From Clostridia bacterium (GTDB taxonomy: Bacteria; Bacillota; Clostridia; Oscillospirales; CAG-272), in contig JAGCLY010000003.1 in the NCBI GenBank assembly GCA_017646745.1, forward strand, positions 3,495 through 67,494: a stretch of DNA of 64,000 bases, written 5' to 3'. How positions within the stretch are numbered: position 1 is the stretch's first letter; the number at the start of each line of letters is the position of its first letter. Below are positions 1 to 8,671 of this stretch, one piece after another. The notes beneath the pieces were generated by a model. It was not told the origin of the DNA and made no database searches. It saw only the letters and a list, made by a program, of their open reading frames with translations. Position numbers and translations under genes: made by a program.

Positions 1-1
1 C

Positions 2-268
2 GGTAAAACCAAGGAAGAGGCAAATATCAACTATTCCTACAATCCCGCCTATATGAATTACTACAGTGATGAATCTGTTGACATTCAGTCGGTGGTTAAC
101 TCCCGATGGGAGGAGCTGAAAACCGAGAACTCTACCGAAATGTGGGTGCACGTCACCAGCATCGCTATAGTTGTCGGAGTGCTTTCATATGCATCCTATG
201 ACATCTACATTAAGAAAAAGAGGTCAAGGGATTATAGAATGAGAGACAAAGCAAAAAAGAATTCATAA
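2..268 (+). CDS. 3' end of a hypothetical membrane protein (open to the window edge)
   Basis: The frame of the 53..268 ORF stays open back to nt 2. A hydrophobic stretch (VHVTSIAIVVGVLSYASYDIYI) is followed by a basic tail (KKKRSRDYRMRDKAKK), then a hairpin terminator. Confidence 0.4.
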   Translation, partial: GKTKEEANINYSYNPAYMNYYSDESVDIQSVVNSRWEELKTENSTEMWVHVTSIAIVVGVLSYASYDIYIKKKRSRDYRMRDKAKKNS

Positions 269-276
269 AACAAAAA

Positions 277-306
277 AAGACCTACGGAATTCCCGTCGGT
301 CTTTTA
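277..306. terminator. Bidirectional rho-independent terminator between convergent genes
   Basis: AAGACCTACGG-loop-CCGTCGGTCTT hairpin with an A-run upstream and a T-run downstream. Confidence 0.6.
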
Positions 307-1197
307 TATACCTGTACAGTCAAACGGCGGAATAAAGCTCTCCTCTGCCGTACCAAAATCCTGAATAAAACCGTTTTTCAAGCCAAGTCGCTCGGCATAT
401 TCGATCAGCTGAGCATACTCATTGTGACTAACCCGTCGGTTAAGCGGGGCCTTCATGCCGGGCATAGGAGTATACTGATTCATCAAGCTCACGTATATGC
501 CGTCACCATAGACCTCGTAGAGATGCTTCAGCGATAGCTTTGCCTCTGCCACATGCCCGGGAAGCAAAAGCAATCTAACAATTACTCCACGAAGCATAAT
601 ACCTTCACCGTTAAATACCGGCTCTCCGACCTGCCTGTACATCTCGGCAATCGCCTCTCTTGCCACGATAGGATAATCCTGCGCAGATGAAAGCTCGTGG
701 GCTAAGCGACCGGTATAATACTTTAAATCCGGCAGATAAACGTCGACTAGCCCCGACAAAAGTCTTAACGCCTCGGGTGTGTCATAGCTACCGGTATTAT
801 ATACAATCGGAATTGACAATCCACGCTCCTTGGCAATAATAATTGCAGCAGCTATGGATGGAACATAGTGCGTAGGTGTAACAAGGTTAATATTATGGGC
901 GCCCTGACTCTGCAAATCCAGCATAATATCAGCGAGGCGTTCGATGTCAACGCTTTTTCCGTTTCTGCCGCGCGATATCTCCTGATTCTGGCAATATACA
1001 CAGGATAATGAGCATCCGGAAAAGAATATTGTTCCCGAGCCTCGGCTGCCGGATATAGGCGGCTCCTCCCACATGTGAAGGGCCGCACGTGCTATATACA
1101 TATCATCCCTTGCTTTGCAATATCCGGCGATCTTGGTTCTATCAACGCCGCATTTTCTGCCGCACAAGAGGCATTTGTTATATTCAGAAAAGCTCAT
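304..1197 (-). CDS. Radical SAM protein, PflX-like (pyruvate formate-lyase activase-related family)
   Basis: CSLSCVYC is a CxxxCxxC radical-SAM cluster motif. The N-terminal Cys-rich segment CLLCGRKCGVDR..GYCKA is typical of the PflX-type family. Confidence 0.8.
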   Translation of the reverse strand: MSFSEYNKCLLCGRKCGVDRTKIAGYCKARDDMYIARAALHMWEEPPISGSRGSGTIFFSGCSLSCVYCQNQEISRGRNGKSVDIERLADIMLDLQSQGAHNINLVTPTHYVPSIAAAIIIAKERGLSIPIVYNTGSYDTPEALRLLSGLVDVYLPDLKYYTGRLAHELSSAQDYPIVAREAIAEMYRQVGEPVFNGEGIMLRGVIVRLLLLPGHVAEAKLSLKHLYEVYGDGIYVSLMNQYTPMPGMKAPLNRRVSHNEYAQLIEYAERLGLKNGFIQDFGTAEESFIPPFDCTGI

Positions 1198-1279
1198 TCT
1201 GCCCTCCTTACTTATTTTATTATTGACATTAAGAATCTTTTGTGTTAAAATAATTAAAATACATTTTGGGAGTATTAAA

Positions 1280-1771
1280 ATGGATAAGAGAAATGATTAT
1301 ATATCCTGGGACGAATATTTTATGGGAGTTGCAATCCTTGCATCTCAAAGATCCAAGGATCCCAGCACACAGGTCGGCGCATGCATAATTGATACCGACA
1401 AGAGAATTCTCTCCACCGGATATAACGGATTCCCTCAGGGCTGCTCGGACGACGAGTTCCCTTGGAACAGAGATGAAAGCCTTGGAGAAACCAAATATCA
1501 ATATGTCGTACACGCAGAGCTTAACGCTATTCTTAATGCCAGCGGAAAGAAGCTTGCCGGATCTACAGTATATGTTGGTCTCTTCCCCTGCCACGAGTGT
1601 GCAAAGGCAATCATACAGTCCGGAATAAAGGAGATAATCTACCTCTCCGACAAGTATCACGATACACCGTCCATGTCTGCATCAAGAAAAATGCTTGAGG
1701 CGGCAGGTGTAAGCTTCAGACAAATAAAGCCTACAAAGGCTAGCATCGTGCTTAACTTTAACTTTGATTAA
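1280..1771 (+). CDS. comEB: dCMP (deoxycytidylate) deaminase
   Basis: HAELNAI and PCHECAKAI zinc-binding motifs of the cytidine/deoxycytidylate deaminase family. I chose the internal ATG at 1280 (MDKRNDYISWDEYFMG) because the 5' part of the long ORF overlaps the divergent gene. Confidence 0.9.
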   Translation: MDKRNDYISWDEYFMGVAILASQRSKDPSTQVGACIIDTDKRILSTGYNGFPQGCSDDEFPWNRDESLGETKYQYVVHAELNAILNASGKKLAGSTVYVGLFPCHECAKAIIQSGIKEIIYLSDKYHDTPSMSASRKMLEAAGVSFRQIKPTKASIVLNFNFD

Positions 1772-1777
1772 TATCTC

Positions 1778-1807
1778 GGGTGTTGCTCTGGCAACACCCT
1801 TTTTTTA
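1778..1807 (+). terminator. Rho-independent terminator
   Basis: GGGTGTTGC-TCTG-GCAACACCC followed by TTTTTTT. Confidence 0.8.
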
Positions 1808-2953
1808 TTTAAAATACTCTTTTATTTCTGCTAAGGTAGATGCAAACGACCCCTGAATCATCTCGGGTCTGCCACCTCCCCTGCCATTGAGATCTACATT
1901 GATTTTCTTAGCAATAGCACGAAGGTCCTGGTTGTGTGAAGAGATAACATACTTGTAATCCCCCTCAACACCGCAGAGTGCTACGGTAAGTCCTGCTATT
2001 TTTTTATTAGCAGCATTAGAAAACGCAATTAGCTCAGGAATATTAAAGGTTGGAAAATAATAAACAGCATTAGTTACTGTCGGTTCAACAAGCTTTGCCT
2101 CGAGCTCGGCAATTTGCAGCCTTGCCACCTTCAGCTCTGCCTTAGACTTCTCGCTCTCGGCAATATAACTCTCCAGAGTATTTGAAACATCACTCTGCGG
2201 AGTGGAAAGCATACCGGATATGCGTTTAATATTTTCATATCTTTTACGATAATCCAACAGAGCTCGGTTTCCTGCTACCATCCATATACGAGTGCCACCG
2301 CGGTGCTTCATAAAATCAAGGATTTTTATCACACCAATCTCACCCGTTGATGAAACATGAGGCGCGCAACAGGCGCAAGTATCAACATCTCCAATTTGTA
2401 CCAAACGCACCCCCTCGGTTAAATCAAGCTTGGAACGGTATTTCATGTAAGGTAGCCTGTTTTGCGGAGGGAAAAAGGCTTCTACAGGAAGATTTGAAAA
2501 AACAATGTCATTTGCCATTTTCTCAACTTTATCAAGCTGGGATCGATCAAGCACACCGTTAACGTCAAAGGTAACCTCATCTTCGCCAAGATGGAAGCCT
2601 ACGTTATCCAATCCGAACAAACTATCTATTATACCGCAAAGAATATGCTCAGCGGTATGGCACTGCATTTTTTCAAACCTTGAATCAAAATCTATATTGC
2701 ACCAATGATCTCCAAGTGATGGCTCAGTATCGGTTATATGGTGAACAACTCCGTCCTTTTCGTAAACTCTGAGAACGCGCGACTCTGCAATATATCCTGT
2801 GTCCGCGCTCTGTCCTCCCTCCTCGGGGAAAAATGCAGTTTTGTCAAGAACAACGTCAAATCCATCATCAACTGCAGAGCTGCTTAAAACACAAGCGCAA
2901 AAATCGCTGATATAAGCATCCTCATAATAAAGCTTTTCGGTTTTATTAAACAT
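1805..2953 (-). CDS. alaX: AlaX-type alanyl-tRNA editing protein (AlaRS second-additional-domain plus DHHA1-like C-terminus)
   Basis: HTAEHIL and CCAPH zinc-site motifs of the AlaRS/ThrRS editing domain. The start is set at MFNKTEK because GAGGAGG lies 6 nt upstream. Confidence 0.8.
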   Translation of the reverse strand: MFNKTEKLYYEDAYISDFCACVLSSSAVDDGFDVVLDKTAFFPEEGGQSADTGYIAESRVLRVYEKDGVVHHITDTEPSLGDHWCNIDFDSRFEKMQCHTAEHILCGIIDSLFGLDNVGFHLGEDEVTFDVNGVLDRSQLDKVEKMANDIVFSNLPVEAFFPPQNRLPYMKYRSKLDLTEGVRLVQIGDVDTCACCAPHVSSTGEIGVIKILDFMKHRGGTRIWMVAGNRALLDYRKRYENIKRISGMLSTPQSDVSNTLESYIAESEKSKAELKVARLQIAELEAKLVEPTVTNAVYYFPTFNIPELIAFSNAANKKIAGLTVALCGVEGDYKYVISSHNQDLRAIAKKINVDLNGRGGGRPEMIQGSFASTLAEIKEYFK

Positions 2954-3620
2954 ATTTATCCTCCTCAAAGAGTGACCATGGATAGCAAGAAAAATCCGGT
3001 AATTTTATAACATTCACTTCTTTTCCATCAAAATCAAAGAAAAGCCTAGCTGCAAAGAGCGATGGCATTTTAGCCTTAAAATCACGACTGCCGTATTTTT
3101 TATCTCCAATAAGTGGCATTTTGCGAGATGCAAACTGGGCTCTTATCTGATGAAATCTTCCGGTTTTTAACCTGATCTTAACAAAAGATATTTCTCTTCC
3201 ATCAACAGAAGCAACACCAAGGGTTGAATATTCAAGCTCGGCCTCTTTAACTCCCGCGCGCTTTCTATCTGTAACAAAGGCCTTGCCTATAGCAGCATCC
3301 TTATAAAGATAATCACGCATAATTCCGCCCTCAGCTCTGCCCTCAACAACAGCATAATATTCCTTGATCAGATTGCGTTCAGCCACCGCAGCAGAAAGCT
3401 CGGCGGCACTTTTTTTATTTCTTGCAAATACTAACAATCCACCTACAACTCTGTCAAGGCGGTGGATAAGATAAAGCTGACCTGCCTCACCGCTCTCAGT
3501 AAGCATTGCCGAGCAGGCTGTCATAGCATCGGTATCCCCACTTAGATCCGACTGTGAGAGAATTCCCGCAGGCTTATATATTATTACGTAATCCTTGGTT
3601 TTCCTAACAATTTCTATCAT
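2946..3620 (-). CDS. RluA-family pseudouridine synthase
   Basis: HRLDRVVGGLLVFA catalytic-Asp motif. It overlaps the downstream alaX start by 8 nt, so the two genes form an operon. Confidence 0.85.
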   Translation of the reverse strand: MIEIVRKTKDYVIIYKPAGILSQSDLSGDTDAMTACSAMLTESGEAGQLYLIHRLDRVVGGLLVFARNKKSAAELSAAVAERNLIKEYYAVVEGRAEGGIMRDYLYKDAAIGKAFVTDRKRAGVKEAELEYSTLGVASVDGREISFVKIRLKTGRFHQIRAQFASRKMPLIGDKKYGSRDFKAKMPSLFAARLFFDFDGKEVNVIKLPDFSCYPWSLFEEDKYV

Positions 3621-3628
3621 AATGCCTC

Positions 3629-3659
3629 AAAAAAAATCGGAGGTCAAGCCGACCTCCGA
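3629..3659 (-). terminator. Rho-independent terminator of the surface-protein gene
   Basis: On the minus strand: TCGGAGGTC-loop-GACCTCCGA followed by TTTTTTTT. Confidence 0.8.
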
Positions 3660-3730
3660 AATAATATTTTATCGAAGTAAACAAGCTACCATTTAATTTT
3701 ACCATAGACGGCTTGTTTTTTCAAGTAGTT

Positions 3731-6700
3731 TTATCCTTTTTCATCCCTTCGCTTACGCTTAAAGGTAACTATTTTTACCGCATGACCGCCTGACAAGGCA
3801 ATCATTTTTACTGCTGAAAGGCTAAAATCGTTTGCTTGAATAGTAAGCGGCTTATCAATCTTACCGCCTCCAAGCACCTTTAAATATGCAATATCCGATG
3901 CAATAAGGCCTTTTTCCTTCAAGGTATTTATATTTACTGTATCCCCCTCGGCAAAGGATGGGCTTATATCTCCAAGATTAATTATACCTCTTCCCTCTCC
4001 CTCTGTATAAACGATCTCTCCCTCTCGCTCAATCAGGCTTTTGGCAATAGAATCGCTGATAAGAGAATCGGCCTTTTCCGCATCGATCTCAGTACTTGCG
4101 GATCTGAGGATAATATCGTTAATGCCAATATCAACAGATTTTCTTTCTGCAATATTCTCTGTGATCTCATCAAATCTTTTACCCATGCTCTGCCTTTCGT
4201 CAACTCGCAACTCTCCGCTTATCATCCCTCTCGGCAAGGGCGCCTTATATCCTCTGTTATGCATTTTACATTTCAGCATAGCCACAGAGGTTGCTATCCT
4301 ATATCTGTTACGGTATGCAAAAAGGCTAACAATCAATATCATAATCATTATTATCAAGCCTCCGAACAAAATCACAGCGCCGTTAAATGTTGGATACGGC
4401 AGCCGTATAACCCTTCCGGGAGTAACCTCCAGGGTATAGTTTGGATTATCCGATCGAATGTACACCTGCTTTTTTTCGATATATGCACTGACAGTCAGAC
4501 TGTCTCCTTCAAATACCCTTCCATCTGTTACTACAAAATCAACGTCTGAGGGTTCCTCAAACAGTTTAAGCTTAACATTGCTTACGCTTACAGCTAATTG
4601 GGCCGGTAAAATGCAAAAAACAGCATTTGCCGATTGACCTGAATTTTCCTTAAAAACATAGTTTTGTGGATCGCTTAGCATTATGAGCACTGAGTATGAT
4701 CCTGCATCTCTGAACTGCTCCCAGCTCTCAACCGTATAAAGCATGGAATCCGATATTGCAGCCTGTGGCATACCGTTATAGACTGCGGTAATTAGCGGTA
4801 TATTAATGCTACATTTTTCAATTACCAGCTGACATGGCGGAACTATAGGCTCGTTATAATTTTCCTTATCATAATCCAAAATAACAGATACACTGTAATT
4901 TCCTGCATTGGTATTACTTCCACTAATATACTCCTTCACACTTACCCCCTGAGGCAATCCTGTCAGACTTGGCATTTTACGACTACCATCATATATCTGC
5001 ACAGTATCACTCCAAGCAACTCCGGAAAGATCATAATCGGCATATCCCACCTCTATCGGAAGAGAAATGACAAGCTCTCCGTACCTCATTTCCACAGCCG
5101 TATCACTTTTACGTAAGGATTCGCCATTTTTGTATATTACGGTTACCTTCGACGGATCTACCGCATCACAGCTTCCGTCGTTATTAATAACAGAGCAAAC
5201 TATATCCTCATTGCCGAGTGTGTCAAAGGCTGACAGCTTATCCTTGACAATAACCGCAACAAAGGATATGGGAACAACCTCCACAATTTCAAACGATATG
5301 GGCAGAGACTTAAGACCTGAGTAGTTTGAGGTCTCATTTACTGTAATCACGGCATAATATTTGCCAATGACGGTAGGCGCTGATATTTCATTTTTGCATG
5401 CGCTATCCGAATAAAAGGTGTATTCCGCTTTCCCGTACCGTCCCTCTCCCGTAAGGGTAATATCCTTATTCTCATAGCAGATCGAATCAGTAGGTATGAT
5501 ACTCCAATAATTCTGCGCTTTTGCTATGGTGAACTCAGCCTGATCGTTAAGAACGTAATAGTCATTATTATCGCAGGATGCCACCGCCAGATACTTGCCT
5601 GCATCCACAGCGCCTCCGCTAACCTTTATATTACACTCGGTCGAATAAGCTGCGGGGCTTTGCTCCTCTCCGTTATAAGTAAGGCTAAGGGTGCCCCAGC
5701 TTACGTATATTCCGCAAGGATCTATGCTTACACCGGAATACATATCTGCGGGAACGTTATAATTGCCGCTTGCAGTATGAAATTTTACAATAACCGAAAC
5801 AACTCCGTCAGAAACGTGACATGCGCCTGCAGAAAAGCTATATTCAAGGGCAATTCCGTCTGCACCTACCGGCATAGCGCCCACCGGTGTCGGATAATGC
5901 ATTCTACCATCGTAGGTATAGCTTTCATTTTTAAAGCTGACGCCGCTCATATCATAATCGGCCTTTTTAATCTCCCAATGATGAGTAAGACTCGGCGGAT
6001 TGTTATAATTTTGCTCATCCCATTTCAGCAGAGCGGTAACGGTATACTTACCTGCATCGGTGGCAATGTCTCCGCTATATCCGATAATGCTCACCCCTAC
6101 CGGCAGGCCGGAGGCGCTTATGCTTTTTTTACTTCCATCGTAGGTAAAGCTATCCTTGCTCCATACCACCGTGGACATATCATAGTCGGCCTTTCTTATT
6201 TCGAAGGAAACCGAGGTATTGCCGAACCGATAATTAGCATCGTTAGTTGCGGCAACTGCGGTATATCCGCTTCCGGCATTGATTGCTCCCCCGCTGACCG
6301 TAGGATATACAGCTGCGCCGTATACGTCGATATAATAAGCTATTGGAGATTTGCTTTTTCCGTCATATACAAAGGAAAGCTTGTCCCACACCATATTCGC
6401 CTGGGCGGGCTCAACTGTCATGCTGATAACCCTGCTTTCAGGAATAAGGTAATCCTTGCTTTCGCCGTCAAAATCAATCGTCAGGTCATATACGCCAACG
6501 TTAATCCCGCCACCTGACAAACTGACACTAAGGGGAAGTCCGTCAAGGCCTACAATTTGAGGAATGGATCTGTCATAGCTCTGAAGCCTACCGTTATAAA
6601 CAACAGAAAAGCTTTTAAGGTCAAGCGCACTCAGGTCGTAGGATATACGATTTACTGTAACCGGTAATCTTACACTTTTGTTGCCATAAGAAATATTGAC

Positions 6701-6976
6701 CGAATCATCTCCTACACGCAGGCAGCTGTCACGGTTGTAAGAAACCCTTATTTCATCTCCTCTTACAATCCTTTCGCTACCATCGGTGTAAACGGCGCGC
6801 AACGTCAAGCCGTCGGTATTAATTTGCTCGAAAGCGCCGTAGACGGTCTTTGTCGGATAACTCGCTATACTAAGCGAGCTGACCGAAGCTGTCTCAGCCC
6901 CATCAGCATAGGCAACCGTCGACATAAGTATAAGCAAAAAAATAAACAATCCCGCAGATATTATAGTTTTTTTCAT
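3731..6976 (-). CDS. Large cell-surface protein. It has a signal peptide, Big_3-like and repeated YDG/MBG-type Ig-like domains, one TM helix and a 193-aa cytoplasmic tail ending in a uL15-like domain.
   Basis: The start at MKKTIISAGLFIFLLILMSTVAYA is preceded by GGAGGT. A motif recurs about every 80 aa (FVYDGKSKSP, FTYDGSKKS, YTYDGRMHYP, LTYNGEEQSP, QIYDGSRKMP, AVYNGMPQ). The TM helix is AVILFGGLIIMIMILIVSLFAY. The tail (INLGDISPSFAEGDTVNINTLKEKGLIASDIAYLKVLGGGKIDKPLTIQANDFSLSAVKMIALSGG) aligns with the C-terminal half of bacterial ribosomal protein L15. Confidence 0.75.
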   Translation of the reverse strand: MKKTIISAGLFIFLLILMSTVAYADGAETASVSSLSIASYPTKTVYGAFEQINTDGLTLRAVYTDGSERIVRGDEIRVSYNRDSCLRVGDDSVNISYGNKSVRLPVTVNRISYDLSALDLKSFSVVYNGRLQSYDRSIPQIVGLDGLPLSVSLSGGGINVGVYDLTIDFDGESKDYLIPESRVISMTVEPAQANMVWDKLSFVYDGKSKSPIAYYIDVYGAAVYPTVSGGAINAGSGYTAVAATNDANYRFGNTSVSFEIRKADYDMSTVVWSKDSFTYDGSKKSISASGLPVGVSIIGYSGDIATDAGKYTVTALLKWDEQNYNNPPSLTHHWEIKKADYDMSGVSFKNESYTYDGRMHYPTPVGAMPVGADGIALEYSFSAGACHVSDGVVSVIVKFHTASGNYNVPADMYSGVSIDPCGIYVSWGTLSLTYNGEEQSPAAYSTECNIKVSGGAVDAGKYLAVASCDNNDYYVLNDQAEFTIAKAQNYWSIIPTDSICYENKDITLTGEGRYGKAEYTFYSDSACKNEISAPTVIGKYYAVITVNETSNYSGLKSLPISFEIVEVVPISFVAVIVKDKLSAFDTLGNEDIVCSVINNDGSCDAVDPSKVTVIYKNGESLRKSDTAVEMRYGELVISLPIEVGYADYDLSGVAWSDTVQIYDGSRKMPSLTGLPQGVSVKEYISGSNTNAGNYSVSVILDYDKENYNEPIVPPCQLVIEKCSINIPLITAVYNGMPQAAISDSMLYTVESWEQFRDAGSYSVLIMLSDPQNYVFKENSGQSANAVFCILPAQLAVSVSNVKLKLFEEPSDVDFVVTDGRVFEGDSLTVSAYIEKKQVYIRSDNPNYTLEVTPGRVIRLPYPTFNGAVILFGGLIIMIMILIVSLFAYRNRYRIATSVAMLKCKMHNRGYKAPLPRGMISGELRVDERQSMGKRFDEITENIAERKSVDIGINDIILRSASTEIDAEKADSLISDSIAKSLIEREGEIVYTEGEGRGIINLGDISPSFAEGDTVNINTLKEKGLIASDIAYLKVLGGGKIDKPLTIQANDFSLSAVKMIALSGGHAVKIVTFKRKRRDEKG

Positions 6977-7018
6977 TCTTACCTCCAAATTACCATAATT
7001 TTCCATTGGTCTGTGGCT

Positions 7019-7047
7019 ATTATACCATCAAAGCACAATATCTTCAA
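7019..7047 (-). promoter_or_regulatory. Sigma-70-type promoter of the surface-protein gene
   Basis: On the minus strand: TTGAAG, a 17-nt spacer, then TGgTATAAT (extended -10). Confidence 0.55.
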
Positions 7048-7332
7048 GCAAATGGATTGTTAAGATTTCGTACTATGATGACAAAAAATCACCGCCCTCG
7101 TTAAAGGGCGGCAATCTGCGATATAGTACGACAAAAAGCAATGATATCTTTTTGCCCCTGACATGATAGGTAAAAACTGATATACTTGTTTTATAATTAG
7201 ACATATGTGTATGTCGATTAGCATAGTTCTTTACGCGCAAACTTTTTTTCATTTTGAAAGGAGATTAACATTGACGAAAACAAGATCCCCGTTGATCAGG
7301 TCAATGAGATTGATTAAACTCCTGAGGAAGAA

Positions 7333-7935
7333 ATGCAGGAGCTGCAGGAAGTAGAAAAATACGAAGAAACCAAGGAAAAATCAAAAAAGTACAAACAGAA
7401 AAAGGTGCGCTCAGTGCTTAAGAACATAAGACTTGTCTTTGGATTAACTGTTTTGTCAATGATAGTTTTCATGGTCGGATTTGCGGTGTTCACATTAGGC
7501 TTTGGACATATGAGTTACACAACGCTTGACGACGGAACCTACGCAATAAGCGGCACCAACCTTGATAAAATGGAGGGCAAAATTGAAATTTCCGACAATA
7601 AGGGTGGAGTTAAGGTAACTGCGATTGCCGACAATGGCTTCGACAGTGCCACAAATATCACAAGCGTTATTATCCCTGAGGGAGTAACATATATAGGTAA
7701 AGAGGCCTTCAGCGAATGTACAGCGCTTGAGATCATAACTCTGCCCACAACACTTACATACATTGGAGAAGGAGCCTTTTACGGCTGCACCGATCTCGAA
7801 AAAATTAGCTTTGTAAACTCCAAGGGATGGCAGAATCACTACGGCATAGGAATGTCCGACGTATTCTCCTCTCCCAAGGAGGCGGCAGAATACCTTACCT
7901 ACAGTAGAGATGAATATTACGAGCGTAAGAATTAA
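7333..7935 (+). CDS. Membrane-anchored leucine-rich-repeat (BspA/LRR_5-type) protein
   Basis: N-terminal TM helix (LVFGLTVLSMIVFMVGFAVFTLGF), then LRR_5-like repeats (ITSVIIPEGVTYIGKEAFSECTALEIITLPTTLTYIGEGAFYGCTDLEKISF). Confidence 0.7.
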   Translation: MQELQEVEKYEETKEKSKKYKQKKVRSVLKNIRLVFGLTVLSMIVFMVGFAVFTLGFGHMSYTTLDDGTYAISGTNLDKMEGKIEISDNKGGVKVTAIADNGFDSATNITSVIIPEGVTYIGKEAFSECTALEIITLPTTLTYIGEGAFYGCTDLEKISFVNSKGWQNHYGIGMSDVFSSPKEAAEYLTYSRDEYYERKN

Positions 7936-7969
7936 AGCATCTGATATTTCTCATACCAAATATAACAAC

Positions 7970-8008
7970 GACCTCTGCGCTAGAATTTGCGCAGAGGTCA
8001 TTGTTTTG
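7970..8008 (+). terminator. Rho-independent terminator
   Basis: GACCTCTGCGC-loop-GCGCAGAGGTC followed by ATTGTTTT. Confidence 0.65.
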
Positions 8009-8011
8009 ACA

Positions 8012-8209
8012 TTATTTTTCTTTATAGTATAGGTAGCAATGACAGTAGCCCTCAAAGTTTTCGTCGGCTATCTGCTCACGGAATTCCTTACACATACACT
8101 TATTTTCCTCGTTTCGCTCAAGTCGGCAGGGACAATATCCACCTGTACGCTCAAGCCCCGACTTTACAGCAGAAACGATTTCCTGATCCTCGTTAAACCT
8201 TATTTTCAT
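8012..8209 (-). CDS. Ferredoxin:thioredoxin reductase catalytic-subunit-like protein
   Basis: CPCR...CMC...CHC cysteine pattern of the FTR beta chain. Its start overlaps the stop of the thioredoxin gene upstream by 4 nt. Confidence 0.7.
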   Translation of the reverse strand: MKIRFNEDQEIVSAVKSGLERTGGYCPCRLERNEENKCMCKEFREQIADENFEGYCHCYLYYKEK

Positions 8210-8517
8210 TTGTTCTCCTCAATGAGCCTCTTAAGGCTTTCCTTGGGTACAAATCCCACAGATATATCGGCAAAAGTATTATTCTTTACAAAGGCAACGG
8301 TAGGAATGCTGGATACATTAAAGAGCCTTGTAAGCTCGGGCTGCTCGTCCACGTTAATTTTACAGAACTTAACGTCAGGATATTCGGCCTCCAGCTGAGA
8401 AAGGATGGGTGCAAGCATCTTGCAAGGGCCACACCAATCGGCATAAAGATCGATAACGGCAAGTCCGGAATAATCCTCCACCTCGGCTTTAAAGTTTTCT
8501 GTAGTAAGAACTATCAT
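8206..8517 (-). CDS. trxA: Thioredoxin
   Basis: WCGPC active site; 103 aa. Confidence 0.92.
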   Translation of the reverse strand: MIVLTTENFKAEVEDYSGLAVIDLYADWCGPCKMLAPILSQLEAEYPDVKFCKINVDEQPELTRLFNVSSIPTVAFVKNNTFADISVGFVPKESLKRLIEENK

Positions 8518-8671
8518 TATTAAACTCCCTTTTTGTTATATAGTTACCATAATTTTAGCAGAAAAAATCACTTTTGTCTACCTAAACCTAATAATTTACA
8601 AAATTTTAAAACAATAAATTTGACAAGCGGGTTAAATTAGTGTATTATATTCAGTACAGAAAGGAATAGCT

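Noticed and set aside
5660-6517. 285-aa plus-strand ORF, plus several 80-130-aa ORFs between 4041 and 7063
   Set aside because: They are antisense to the surface-protein gene, whose repeat architecture, signal peptide and RBS support the minus-strand frame.
7083-7262. 59-codon minus-strand ORF (MKKSLRVKNYANRH...)
   Set aside because: It has no SD; the sequence upstream is the antisense of the LRR-gene leader. The frame runs through a terminator hairpin and the composition is odd.
7271-7354. 27-codon TTG-initiated basic upstream ORF (MTKTRSPLIRSMRLIKLLRKKCRSCRK) behind AAAGGAG, overlapping the LRR-gene start out of frame
   Set aside because: The SD is good, but a TTG start and a very short arginine/lysine-rich product could arise by chance in this leader. 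No further evidence is available from the sequence.
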